Positions 8,193 through 17,630 of a stretch of 64,000 nucleotides of DNA are shown here, in pieces. This DNA is from a bacterium. GTDB lineage: Bacteria; SZUA-182; DTGQ01. Each line of letters starts with the position of its first letter. Position 1 is the first letter of the stretch. The notes under the pieces were generated by a model. It worked only from the letters and a program-made list of their open reading frames with translations, was not told where the DNA came from and did no database searches. The translations under genes and the position numbers were made by a program. The stretch covers positions 6,114 through 70,113 of the forward strand of contig JBFMGO010000011.1 of assembly GCA_040752695.1 (NCBI GenBank), read 5' to 3'.

Positions 8193-8968
8193 TTTTCGAT
8201 CTCTATGGCCGGTATTATAATCTTCTCTACGAGGATAAGGATTATGCCGCAGAGGTGGCTTATATCGATCGGCTCATCAACAAATATGCCCTTCATGCGA
8301 AAACAGTACTGGATCTTGGCTGCGGTACAGGCAGCCATGATCTGCTGCTGGTCGAAAAGGGATACAGGGTCACCGGGTTAGATATGTCTTTGGCTATGCT
8401 GACAGAGGCACAAGCCAGGCTCGAAAAAGCCGCCAGGTCCTGCGGGGCTTCAGTTTTTGATTCCCTTGCCTTTTACCAGGCCGATATTCGCAGCGTACGC
8501 CTTGACCGGACCTTTGATGTGGCAATATCTCTTTTCCATGTTATGAGTTATCAAATAACCAATGCCGATCTTCAGCAGACCTTTGAGACAGTTAAAGCGC
8601 ATTTGAATCCAGGGGGCATATTTATCTTTGATTGCTGGTACGGTCCCGGAGTACTGACAGAACCTCCGGCAATACGGATTAAGGAACTGGAAGGTGAGAA
8701 CATTTCCGTGATGCGCATTGCCAAACCGATAACGTATCCTCATGAGAATGTGGTAGATGTGAATTACCGGGTCTGCATCTTTGACAAGAGTACACAACGT
8801 ATGGAAGAATTCCGGGAGTGCCATCGCATGCGTTATTTGTTCAAACCGGAGATTGACCTGTTTTTGGACCAGGCAGGTTTTCAGTCAAGGGGTTTCTTTG
8901 AGTTTATGAAGAATGAAGAGCCTGGCCGCGGAGCCTGGAATGTCTGTTTCGTGAATCAAAGGCTGTAA
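8186..8968 (+). CDS. SAM-dependent methyltransferase, TylM1/DesVI-like (NDP-amino-sugar N-methyltransferase family)
   Basis: 260 aa. N-terminal YYNLLYEDKDYAAEVAYIDRLI, then motif I VLDLGCGTGSH, ...FDCWYGP. Overall layout parallels TylM1 (YDLVH..KDY...LLDVACGTGMH...VEPWW). Confidence 0.6.
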   Translation: MAVFDLYGRYYNLLYEDKDYAAEVAYIDRLINKYALHAKTVLDLGCGTGSHDLLLVEKGYRVTGLDMSLAMLTEAQARLEKAARSCGASVFDSLAFYQADIRSVRLDRTFDVAISLFHVMSYQITNADLQQTFETVKAHLNPGGIFIFDCWYGPGVLTEPPAIRIKELEGENISVMRIAKPITYPHENVVDVNYRVCIFDKSTQRMEEFRECHRMRYLFKPEIDLFLDQAGFQSRGFFEFMKNEEPGRGAWNVCFVNQRL

Positions 8969-9019
8969 GAACCAGCATATCAAGATAAAGTAAAGTGTGA
9001 AGACAAGACCAAGTGCACT

Positions 9020-10657
9020 ATGAAGATTGGAAATTCTTTGGAAATTCTGATGAAAAAAAACCTGCCATTGCTTATTACGACCTTTATCATTGCTGTTTTC
9101 TCATTTTGGCGGTTTTTCCTGATCGTGTCTCTCCCTCCGGAAGATTTAGTAACAATAACTACCGATGACGCTTTTTACTATATGAATATCGCTTCTCATA
9201 TCGCCAGCGGACACGGAGCCACGTTTGACGGCATAAATAAAACCAATGGCTTTCATCCCCTGTGGCAACTCATGTTAATTCCCGTCTACAGGCTCATTCC
9301 TTCCAACCGTCTCCTGGCCTTGCGTGTTACTCTGATTTTTCAGCTTCTGGTTTTTATCTCTATACTCATTCTTACAATCCGGTTTACCTGCCGCATCTAT
9401 GGGGCTATAGCTCTGTTTCCGATCCTGATCGTATTTCTGTTCTCCGGCTTCAGCAATTGTCTTCTTGAGGGAATGGAAACTCCCATTCACCTCGTTATCC
9501 TGGCACTGATAATAGTATATATGACTGAAACCTGGTCTGTTCATCATCCCACCCTGCCCAAGGATGCCACTTTAGGCATTTTGATAGGCTTGCTTACCCT
9601 GGCACGTCTTGAGTCCTTTTTGATCCTTTTCTCATGCCTCGTTTTTATGGCCTGGTATCGTTTATCGAATAAGCTTCAGCTTCTTCACTTCGTGGTGCGG
9701 GCGATCAGGATAACTGCACCTGTGACCATGCTTGTTCTGCCTTTTCTTATCTGGAATAAAATTAATTTTGGCCATTTTGCAACCATCAGTTCTCGGTTGA
9801 AAAGCACTTTTCCGCACCTTTCCTTTAAGCCGTCGCTTTTTCTGAGATATCCTCAATGGGCAGCCCTGGTGATCGTTACCCTGTTATTTTTCCTCATTCT
9901 TGTTTTCGGAAGATACTTTAAGACCGGACAAAGGATACTTCAGGAAATGTCCCAACCCTATCAAAACGCGTCGCTGATATACTGTCTGTATGTCCTTATG
10001 CACTTTTCATTTATCCTTTTGTTTTCACGGTGGGAAATAGGAGGCTGGTATTTTGCACCTTATCTTCTGGTTATACCTTTATCAAGCGGCCCGGTTATAT
10101 CGGCTCTCAGAAAAAGTTCTTATTCTGCCAGGCTTAGGCCGGTGTTTGTTTTTATCATCATTCTGGGGCTGGGGTTGGATATATCCATGCAATGCCTTTC
10201 GCTTCGGTATCGGCTTAACGGTTATGCAAATAGTTTTCACCGGCCCTCGTATAGAGCAGCACTATGGGCGAAACAAAACATTCCAAAGGGTGCGGTTTTT
10301 GCGACGACTGACTGTGGCGTGTTCGGCTATTTTTCTGAGCGTTCAGTCATTGAGCTGGATGGAATAGTGAATAATTTCGAGTATCAGGAATGGCTCCTGA
10401 AAAGAGGTCTCAAAGATTATCTCTTCCATAAAGGAGTAAATTATATCAGGGACTACGCTTCCCTGGCACCTGAAAAATACAATCAGTTTCAATACACCAT
10501 CCGGAGCAAAATCGACAGGGACTTTTACAGCAGTATTTCCCTCTCTCCATCGGATGAACGATACCGTTCCAGTTCCTTTGAACATTTAAGTAAAAATAAA
10601 TGTCAGGTTATATGGAATTTTCCCCGCTCCATAGTTCACAGGGATGTTGAAAAGTGA
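9020..10657 (+). CDS. Polytopic membrane protein, putative GT-C-fold glycosyltransferase (ArnT/PMT-like) with C-terminal soluble domain
   Basis: At least 10 predicted TM helices in the first about 380 aa. Acidic loop motif TTDDAFYY after TM1, as in GT-C enzymes. About 160-aa hydrophilic C-terminus. Confidence 0.4.
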   Translation: MKIGNSLEILMKKNLPLLITTFIIAVFSFWRFFLIVSLPPEDLVTITTDDAFYYMNIASHIASGHGATFDGINKTNGFHPLWQLMLIPVYRLIPSNRLLALRVTLIFQLLVFISILILTIRFTCRIYGAIALFPILIVFLFSGFSNCLLEGMETPIHLVILALIIVYMTETWSVHHPTLPKDATLGILIGLLTLARLESFLILFSCLVFMAWYRLSNKLQLLHFVVRAIRITAPVTMLVLPFLIWNKINFGHFATISSRLKSTFPHLSFKPSLFLRYPQWAALVIVTLLFFLILVFGRYFKTGQRILQEMSQPYQNASLIYCLYVLMHFSFILLFSRWEIGGWYFAPYLLVIPLSSGPVISALRKSSYSARLRPVFVFIIILGLGLDISMQCLSLRYRLNGYANSFHRPSYRAALWAKQNIPKGAVFATTDCGVFGYFSERSVIELDGIVNNFEYQEWLLKRGLKDYLFHKGVNYIRDYASLAPEKYNQFQYTIRSKIDRDFYSSISLSPSDERYRSSSFEHLSKNKCQVIWNFPRSIVHRDVEK

Positions 10658-11826
10658 AAAAGCGGATTGCGATCGTATATCCGTGGGGGAATTTGGACAC
10701 CGTACCGAGTCTGTGTAATGCTGCCGAACTATTGGCAAATACAGGATATGAAGTCGAGATTTTCACTTACCTTAATCCCCGGTTTATAGGGCCATCATTT
10801 TCCCATAAGTCCATAATGATCGTTACTCCCCGCCCTAGATGGGAAAGACAAGGCATTCATCGCCTTATTCCTGCCCGATGGTCTTATCCTTTGCAGATTT
10901 GGCAACGGCACTTGCGCTGCCGCTATCGTTGCTTTATCGGGGTAGATCCTGAAGGATTAGTGCAGGCTGGCTGGCTGTCCAGATGGATTACCGTGCCGCT
11001 TGTTTATTATTCGCTGGAATTGCTCCTTTCGGGGGAGATAGCGCTTGCGGAACAAAGCCAATTGAAGCGGGCTGAAAAAAGACTCAGCCACAGGGCTGCA
11101 TTCATTATTATTCAGGATGAGGAAAGGGCCCGGTTAATGGCGGAAGATAATGATGTTCCTCTTGATCGGTTTGTCCTGGTACCGAATACTCCGCAGGGAC
11201 CAGCCAGGCGGCAGTATTCAGGTTACTGGCATAAAAAATTAGGGCTGCCGGAGCGCTGCCGGATCGTCCTTCATGCCGGAAGCATAGAGAATTGGACCGG
11301 ATTAAAAGAAATTGTGGATTCAGTGAAGGAGTGGCCGGAGGATTGGGTTCTGGTCATCCATTCCCGCTCCTATTATCAGCATTCCGGTTTTATGGAAGAA
11401 TTGCGCAGGCAAGCCCCTGAAGGCCGTGTCTTCTTCTCGCTCAAGCCGGTTTCCCGGCAGGATTACGATGCCTTGATTCATGGTGCGGACATCGGCATCG
11501 CATTTTATGTCCCCTCGGAAGGGTCTGTATATACTCAGCAAAACATCCGAAGTGTCGGTTTATCATCAGGAAAAATCGCCTATTACCTGCGGGCAGGATT
11601 GCCTGTGATTGCCAATGACCAAACCTCTATCGGTACTTTCATCAATCAGGAGAAATGCGGCCTTGTTATCCAATCGCCAGATGAGATCGGTGAGGCTATC
11701 GTTACTATCGTCCATGACTACGACAGCTACAGCAAACGGTCCCTTCAAGCTTTTGACCGCCATCTGGATTTCACTCATGGTTTTCATCGAGTAACAAGAT
11801 GGATCGATTCTCTCGAGGAAAGATGA
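10654..11826 (+). CDS. Putative glycosyltransferase, divergent GT-B fold
   Basis: Start overlaps the upstream stop (ATGA-type). N-terminal MKKRIAIVYPWGN is Rossmann-like. The C-terminal half is GT-B-like. The family is not certain. Confidence 0.45.
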   Translation: MKKRIAIVYPWGNLDTVPSLCNAAELLANTGYEVEIFTYLNPRFIGPSFSHKSIMIVTPRPRWERQGIHRLIPARWSYPLQIWQRHLRCRYRCFIGVDPEGLVQAGWLSRWITVPLVYYSLELLLSGEIALAEQSQLKRAEKRLSHRAAFIIIQDEERARLMAEDNDVPLDRFVLVPNTPQGPARRQYSGYWHKKLGLPERCRIVLHAGSIENWTGLKEIVDSVKEWPEDWVLVIHSRSYYQHSGFMEELRRQAPEGRVFFSLKPVSRQDYDALIHGADIGIAFYVPSEGSVYTQQNIRSVGLSSGKIAYYLRAGLPVIANDQTSIGTFINQEKCGLVIQSPDEIGEAIVTIVHDYDSYSKRSLQAFDRHLDFTHGFHRVTRWIDSLEER

Positions 11827-11870
11827 ATTCTCTAAGATAAAGATGAAACAGAAAGAACAGGTCATCGTTT

Positions 11871-12650
11871 ATGAAAACATTTTTCTACCTTGAAAAGGTG
11901 CTCAATCGATGCGGATTCGAAATTTGCAGGATGAATACTGACAAATCCAATCAAGACATGAGCAGGCTCTTGAGTCATGTGTCTAACCTGGGATTTTCAC
12001 CACAGACCGTTATCGATGTCGGAGTAGCCAATGGGACCTTTGAGCTTTACAAAGCGTTTCCCAACGCGTTTCATTTCCTTATAGAGCCATTGGCGGAATT
12101 CGAAAGCGCCCTGAGATCAATTTTAAAGAGGTACAGGGGGGCATATATCATTGCAGCGGCAGGCTCCCGGTCAGGACAGGTGGAGTTAAATGTCCATCAG
12201 GACCATCTCGAAGGCTCTTCACTCCTGAAAGAGGAGATGGGAGCGGAAGCGGATGGTATTCCCAGAACAATTCAGGCAATAAGAATCGATGATTTGCTAA
12301 GGGACAGAAGGTTAAAGGGACCTTTCCTGATAAAAGTCGATGTGCAGGGAGCGGAGCTCGATGTCCTGGAAGGGGCATTGGAAGCTCTGGGTGAAACCGA
12401 GATGGTTATTCTGGAAGTATCCATGTTTCAATTTATGAAAGATGCACCTCAGTTCTATGACGTAGTAAGCTACATGAAAAATCGTGGTTTTGTTGGTTAT
12501 GACATTTTTGAAAAAGCTTCACGTCCTCTCGACGGTGCACTCGGGCAGATTAACATGGCCTTTGTAAAAGAACATGGCCGTTTTAGAAATAATCATTCTT
12601 TCGCAACGGCTGAGCAGTGGAAGGATATTACCGGGAAATGGGGCAATTGA
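11871..12650 (+). CDS. FkbM-family SAM-dependent methyltransferase
   Basis: VIDVGVANGTFELYKAFPNAFHFLIEP...AAGSRSGQVELNV...FLIKVDVQGAELDVLEGA matches FkbM-domain methyltransferases found in glycan O-methylation. Confidence 0.75.
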   Translation: MKTFFYLEKVLNRCGFEICRMNTDKSNQDMSRLLSHVSNLGFSPQTVIDVGVANGTFELYKAFPNAFHFLIEPLAEFESALRSILKRYRGAYIIAAAGSRSGQVELNVHQDHLEGSSLLKEEMGAEADGIPRTIQAIRIDDLLRDRRLKGPFLIKVDVQGAELDVLEGALEALGETEMVILEVSMFQFMKDAPQFYDVVSYMKNRGFVGYDIFEKASRPLDGALGQINMAFVKEHGRFRNNHSFATAEQWKDITGKWGN

Positions 12651-12727
12651 AGTCCTCATCTTATTATTCTCGATAGCTTATTAATATCCATAGTTTATTA
12701 TTCTCTATAGAGAAATATACCTGCCTC

Positions 12728-13930
12728 ATGGTAGAAGGAAAAAATATTATCGCTTTTTCCAAGGAGTGGGAGAACGATTGGACGAGCAATCACCATGTTC
12801 TCACCACTCTGGCCCGGAAAAACACCATACTTTGGATTAATTCGATCGGGATGCGCTCGCCGGGATTATCGTCCGGCAAGGACTGGCAGAGGATAATCAA
12901 AAAAATTTTTTTCTGGTTAAGAGGTCCAAAACAGGTTCGGAGGAATCTTTATGTATTTACCCCTCTGGTCTGGCCTTTTTCCAGACCTTTTGCCTTTCGG
13001 CGCAGCAGCTTCACCTTTTTGACCCTGCAATTGCGCTTTCTAACCCTTGTCTTGCGAATGCGTCCCTTCCAGGTCTGGAGCTTTCTCCCTGCTGCCGAGC
13101 CTCTCGTTGGCAGGCTCGGCGAACAAAGATCGGTTTATTATTGTACGGATAATTGGCGATTATTTGCCTATCTGAAGGATCAGCACATTAAAATCAGTGC
13201 CCTGGAGGAAAAGCTCCTTAAAAAAGTGGATGTTGTCTTTGCCAGTTCTCGATTCCTCTGCCATGAAAAGAAAAAAATAAATGCCAGGACCCATTTAGTG
13301 ACCCATGGTGTCAATGACATCTTTCTCAAGTACATGGAGTCCTCTCCCGCCCCTTCCGATTTACAGGGAATCAGGCATCCGGTTTTAGGCTTCTACGGCT
13401 GGCTGAGGGACACCATAGACCAGCGTCTCCTCTTCGAACTGGCTCAAGTATATCAGGACTGCTCCGTGGTTTTGATTGGAAAAACATCCGGCAACTTTGA
13501 AAGATTAAGAGCATTGTCCAATATCCATTTTTTAGGACAAAAACCCTACACTGAATTGCCGCGCTATGCTGCCCGTTTTGATGTAGCTTTAATTCCTTAC
13601 CGTATGAGTCCTGAATTGATGAGGGCCACGAATCCGATCAAGCTGAAAGAGTACCTGGCCCTGGGACTGCCTCTTGTAACCACTGACCTGCCGGAGGCCC
13701 ATCCTTATGAAAAGGCGTGCTGGATTGCCAAAAATAACCGCGACTTTATTCTGTCTGTTGAAAAGGCCCTCGGACCTGAAGGGAAGCGGCGCGGTGCGTT
13801 AGGAAAAAGCATGGTTATGAATGAAACCTGGGAAGACAAAGTTGAAGCGATAAGCCGGATCATGGCCGGAATCGAAAACGGTGGTCTTGATAAGCCGGCA
13901 GTTCCCGGCAGGAGGAACACCGCAGAATAG
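12728..13930 (+). CDS. Glycosyltransferase family 4 (GT-B, retaining)
   Basis: C-terminal domain GFYGWLRD...VVLIGK...IHFLGQKPYTELPRYAARFDVALIPY...NPIKLKEYLALGLPLVTT. Confidence 0.75.
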   Translation: MVEGKNIIAFSKEWENDWTSNHHVLTTLARKNTILWINSIGMRSPGLSSGKDWQRIIKKIFFWLRGPKQVRRNLYVFTPLVWPFSRPFAFRRSSFTFLTLQLRFLTLVLRMRPFQVWSFLPAAEPLVGRLGEQRSVYYCTDNWRLFAYLKDQHIKISALEEKLLKKVDVVFASSRFLCHEKKKINARTHLVTHGVNDIFLKYMESSPAPSDLQGIRHPVLGFYGWLRDTIDQRLLFELAQVYQDCSVVLIGKTSGNFERLRALSNIHFLGQKPYTELPRYAARFDVALIPYRMSPELMRATNPIKLKEYLALGLPLVTTDLPEAHPYEKACWIAKNNRDFILSVEKALGPEGKRRGALGKSMVMNETWEDKVEAISRIMAGIENGGLDKPAVPGRRNTAE

Positions 13931-14040
13931 CGAGAAAAGGGAAGACCGGCCAAAAAAGGTAAGACCGGCAGAAAGAGGACGCACCAACGAAAAAGAAATG
14001 GAAAATTGCACATGTCGTACATTCACTCCATTATGGAGGC

Positions 14041-15090
14041 ATGGAAAATGGCGTAGTGAATATTGCCAATCGCAGCCGTTTCCCATCCATAATCATCTGT
14101 TTGGAGGATGCGGGTGAAATGGCGGCCCGACTAAAGCGGGAGATCTCTATTTACGAGTTGCACAAAGGAGACGGGATTAAGCCCCGCTGCATATTCTCCA
14201 TCCTTAAGTTATTGAAGAATGAGCGTATTGCCCTGGTACATACTCATAACTGGGGCACCTTGTGCTATGCAGGCCCTGCGGCAAAACTGGCCGGAATAAA
14301 GTTAATCCATGGGCAGCATGGGCTGGCACCGGCTGAGTATCCTGGCAGGGCAGCGGGGTATGGATTTAACCTCATGGTCTGCAAGTTTGTACCGGTCTCG
14401 ATGGCAATAAGCGGAAAAATCAAAACTGCATTCGGGGCTAAAAGCAAAAAAATTCATCCTGTTATCAATGGAGTCGATACCACCTGTTTTCGACCCGACC
14501 AACAGATGCGAAAGAAGATGAGAAAAGATCTGGGCATTGATGAAGACGCCTATACGCTGGGATTTGTCGGACGGCTGATAGACTTGAAAAGACCTTACTA
14601 TCTGCCCGAAATTGTAAAATCGCTTTCTGACTATCAGCCGCCGGTGCATGCTGTTTTTATAGGTATTGGACCCGGTGAGGAAAAGCTTTGCTCATTGATA
14701 AGGAGATTGAACGTAGCCGACAGAGTTCATCTTCTGGGGTTTCGATCGGACATGGGGCAGGTGCTTCAGGCTCTGGATATTCTGGTTTTGCCCTCGGAAG
14801 ACTATGAAGGTACGCCCAACGTGGTACTGGAAGCCATGGCCTGTGGCATACCTACGGTAGCTTGCAGCCTTTCAGGTTTGAAAGATTTGCTGATAAACGG
14901 AAGTGACGGTATCCTTTTGCCGAACTCGGCAAATCCGGAGGATTTTGCCGCGGCTATCCACGCATTGATCGATACACCGGCTCGCCTGCCGGAACTTTCT
15001 GCCGCATGCCTGAGAAGGTGTCGGAGAGACTTCAGCCTGATCAGAATGATCGAAGAATACGATTCGATCTATGGAGAGATACTGCCTTAA
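14041..15090 (+). CDS. Glycosyltransferase family 4; N-terminus apparently disrupted by a 1-nt indel
   Basis: The in-frame upstream extension reads ...KKKWKIAHVVHSLHYGGMENG, with no start codon. The canonical MKIAHVVHSLHYGG start is recovered from the ATG at about 13998 if one G is deleted. The remainder is a typical GT4 (GFVGRLIDLKRP..., EGTPNVVLEAMACGIPTV). Confidence 0.7.
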   Translation: MENGVVNIANRSRFPSIIICLEDAGEMAARLKREISIYELHKGDGIKPRCIFSILKLLKNERIALVHTHNWGTLCYAGPAAKLAGIKLIHGQHGLAPAEYPGRAAGYGFNLMVCKFVPVSMAISGKIKTAFGAKSKKIHPVINGVDTTCFRPDQQMRKKMRKDLGIDEDAYTLGFVGRLIDLKRPYYLPEIVKSLSDYQPPVHAVFIGIGPGEEKLCSLIRRLNVADRVHLLGFRSDMGQVLQALDILVLPSEDYEGTPNVVLEAMACGIPTVACSLSGLKDLLINGSDGILLPNSANPEDFAAAIHALIDTPARLPELSAACLRRCRRDFSLIRMIEEYDSIYGEILP

Positions 15091-15102
15091 AGGAGCAACA
15101 AT

Positions 15103-16344
15103 TTGAGATTAACGGCAAGTAACAAAAAGGGATCGAACCGGAAGCGATCGGACCGGCTGCGGATTATCCTTATTGCCTACTATCTGCCTCCCGGTCCTGG
15201 GGGGGCGGGCAACCTGCTGATGGAATTTTGCCGTGAGCTTACTCAAATCTGTGAGCTCAGGGTGATCTGCGGCGCCAAGGCCCGGTACCGGGAGTTTGAC
15301 CATCAGTTGAATTTCCCCATACGCCGGGTCATTAGGCCGCTGCCAAAGGAACTGCCAGGCCGGATATTCTGGGCCGCAGACTTTGTCAGTCTAACCTTGA
15401 TTTATTTGATCTATGGTCTTGTGGTGGGAATCTGCTTTCAGCCGGATATTATCTGGACCGGAAATGAGGGTTCTCACATGGTGATAGTCGGCTGGCTTTT
15501 AAAACGGCTGCTTGCCAGGCCCTGGGTTTGCTTTGCCCACGGCGAGCAGGTGCCGATACCGGAGGCTCGCTATACAAGTGCCCGCATATCTTCAGCACTG
15601 TTGCCCAAGGCGGATTCTGTGCTTGCCAATTCCTCCTTTACCGCATCCCGCCTGAAAGCTATCGGCTGTCAGAGAGTAACGGTTATTCACCCTGGTGTGG
15701 ATACGGATTTTTTTCAGCCCGGTAATCAAGAAAAAGCAAGGCTCAGACTGGGATTTCCCCTCGACCGCAAAATACTTCTTTCCGTAGGGCGGCTCGACCC
15801 AAGGAAAGGTCACCTCTCGGTTATCGATATTTTGCCATCCTTAAGGCATGACTTACTGGTAAGGCACGACTTACAGGTACTCTACATAATTATCGGCGAT
15901 GGGAAGTGCAGAAAAAGGATAAAGCAGCGTATCAACGAACTGGGCCTTGAGCATACTGTTCACCTTTTAGAACCGGTCGGCAGGAATTGTTTGATATCGG
16001 CTTTTCAGGCGGCTGATATTTTTGTTTTACCGAATATGATTTTAACTGATGGAGACGCCGAGGGGTTCGGCATGGTTTTCTTAGAAGCCAGTGCCTGTGG
16101 ATTGCCAGTGATTGGCGGACGAAGCGGTGGGGCCACGGATGCCATCGCCGATGGAAAGTCAGGGTATCTTGTTGATCCGGATGATCGTTCCGATCTCCTC
16201 ACTCACCTTTGTAAAATTCTTAAAGATAGAGACCTGGCTGAAAAACTCGGACAGTGCGGCCGTCAGCGATGCCTCCAGGATTTTCAATGGGCCAAGAGTG
16301 CGCGATTGTTACATTCTGTTTTTACCACCCTCGCCAGGTCATAG
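15103..16344 (+). CDS. Glycosyltransferase family 4
   Basis: RIILIAYYLPPGPGGAGN, GRLDPRKG, EGFGMVFLEASACGLPVIGGRSGG. Confidence 0.8.
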   Translation: MRLTASNKKGSNRKRSDRLRIILIAYYLPPGPGGAGNLLMEFCRELTQICELRVICGAKARYREFDHQLNFPIRRVIRPLPKELPGRIFWAADFVSLTLIYLIYGLVVGICFQPDIIWTGNEGSHMVIVGWLLKRLLARPWVCFAHGEQVPIPEARYTSARISSALLPKADSVLANSSFTASRLKAIGCQRVTVIHPGVDTDFFQPGNQEKARLRLGFPLDRKILLSVGRLDPRKGHLSVIDILPSLRHDLLVRHDLQVLYIIIGDGKCRKRIKQRINELGLEHTVHLLEPVGRNCLISAFQAADIFVLPNMILTDGDAEGFGMVFLEASACGLPVIGGRSGGATDAIADGKSGYLVDPDDRSDLLTHLCKILKDRDLAEKLGQCGRQRCLQDFQWAKSARLLHSVFTTLARS

Positions 16345-16394
16345 AAAACTGCCTGATTATCAGTGACTGGCTAAAGTTATCTTCATAGTAAGGG

Positions 16395-17615
16395 GTGGAC
16401 AGGGTGGAAAGCAGGTTCCCAAAAAGTGACTTGCAGAAAGTGATGCTCATAACCCGATTGTCTCCATACCGCCCGAACAATGGAACAGTGACGCTGCTGC
16501 ATCGAATCGCAGGGCTGTTTCAAGAACCCTGGCTCACTTGGGTATCGCTGGATAATGAAAAGACAGGGTGCACTCTTTCTCAAATCGAAATTCTATCCTG
16601 TCCGCCTCCGGGAAAACCTTACAGGCTGGTTGCAGGTCGATGGGGATCTTTTTGGTGTGAACGGTTTTGGGGTGAATTGACAGCACGGAAACTGGCTTAT
16701 TACTGCCGGCTCTTTTCCATCGATCGAATCTGGACACTGGCAGAGGAGCGAGCCGGATTCGTCGGCCGAAGACTGGCACAAATAACGGGTCTGCCGCTGC
16801 ATGTCACTATTCATGATCACCCTATGCGTTCCTGTCAATTGAACCCGGATGTGCCCCTATGGCATGTTATCCGCACCAAACGGCACTGCAGGGCGCTTCT
16901 GCGTGCAGCGAATTCGGTCGATACCGTCTCGTTTTCCCTGGCTGACTATGTCCGGCAGAAAACCCTGGCCCAGGTAAGAATTTATCCGCCACAGGTTTAC
17001 AGGGCCAAATCTCCTCCTTTACAGAGAAAGTCAGATGGAGTATTCCGAATCGGCTTTTGCGGTGAATGCCATACAGGCAGCAACGAAATAAAAGTTTTTT
17101 TATCCTGGCTGAAAAAAATTGGAGGGAAGTTCGAATTTCATGCATTTGGCAGCAGGTCTTTGCCAGCAGGGGTCGAAAGTGAGATGAAACAATTTGGAAA
17201 TACCGTCTATCATGCCTTTGAACCGGATTGGGACCGATACATTTCAGCCCTCGGTACCGTAGATTGCTTCTACATCGGAGCATGGTTTTCCCCGAATATG
17301 GACCTCACGGTACGGTATTCATTTCCAAGCAAGACAGGCCCTGTATTGGCGGCAGGCATTCCCATCATTGCTCATGGACCCGGGACATGGGAACTTCACA
17401 AATGGCTAAACCTGATCCCTTTCGGTTTTGCGATTGAAAGCATCGATGAAAACAGGCCGCCAAAATCATTATACGATTTTATCCGGTTTCCCGATAACCG
17501 GCAGTACTTTGCCAGAGCTGCCGCCATAGCCTTCCAGCGCTGGTTCCAACTGCCCGATGACCGTGATAATCGTATCGGGATTTTGCCCTGGCAACCCAAG
17601 GCCGGTATTTTATAA
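16395..17615 (+). CDS. Hypothetical protein, possible divergent GT-B glycosyltransferase
   Basis: 406-aa ORF. The true start may be M17 (about 16443). C-terminal GPVLAAGIPIIAHGPGTWE resembles the GT-B C-domain. No EX7E motif. Confidence 0.35.
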   Translation: MDRVESRFPKSDLQKVMLITRLSPYRPNNGTVTLLHRIAGLFQEPWLTWVSLDNEKTGCTLSQIEILSCPPPGKPYRLVAGRWGSFWCERFWGELTARKLAYYCRLFSIDRIWTLAEERAGFVGRRLAQITGLPLHVTIHDHPMRSCQLNPDVPLWHVIRTKRHCRALLRAANSVDTVSFSLADYVRQKTLAQVRIYPPQVYRAKSPPLQRKSDGVFRIGFCGECHTGSNEIKVFLSWLKKIGGKFEFHAFGSRSLPAGVESEMKQFGNTVYHAFEPDWDRYISALGTVDCFYIGAWFSPNMDLTVRYSFPSKTGPVLAAGIPIIAHGPGTWELHKWLNLIPFGFAIESIDENRPPKSLYDFIRFPDNRQYFARAAAIAFQRWFQLPDDRDNRIGILPWQPKAGIL

Positions 17616-17630
17616 ATTATAACGCGATCC

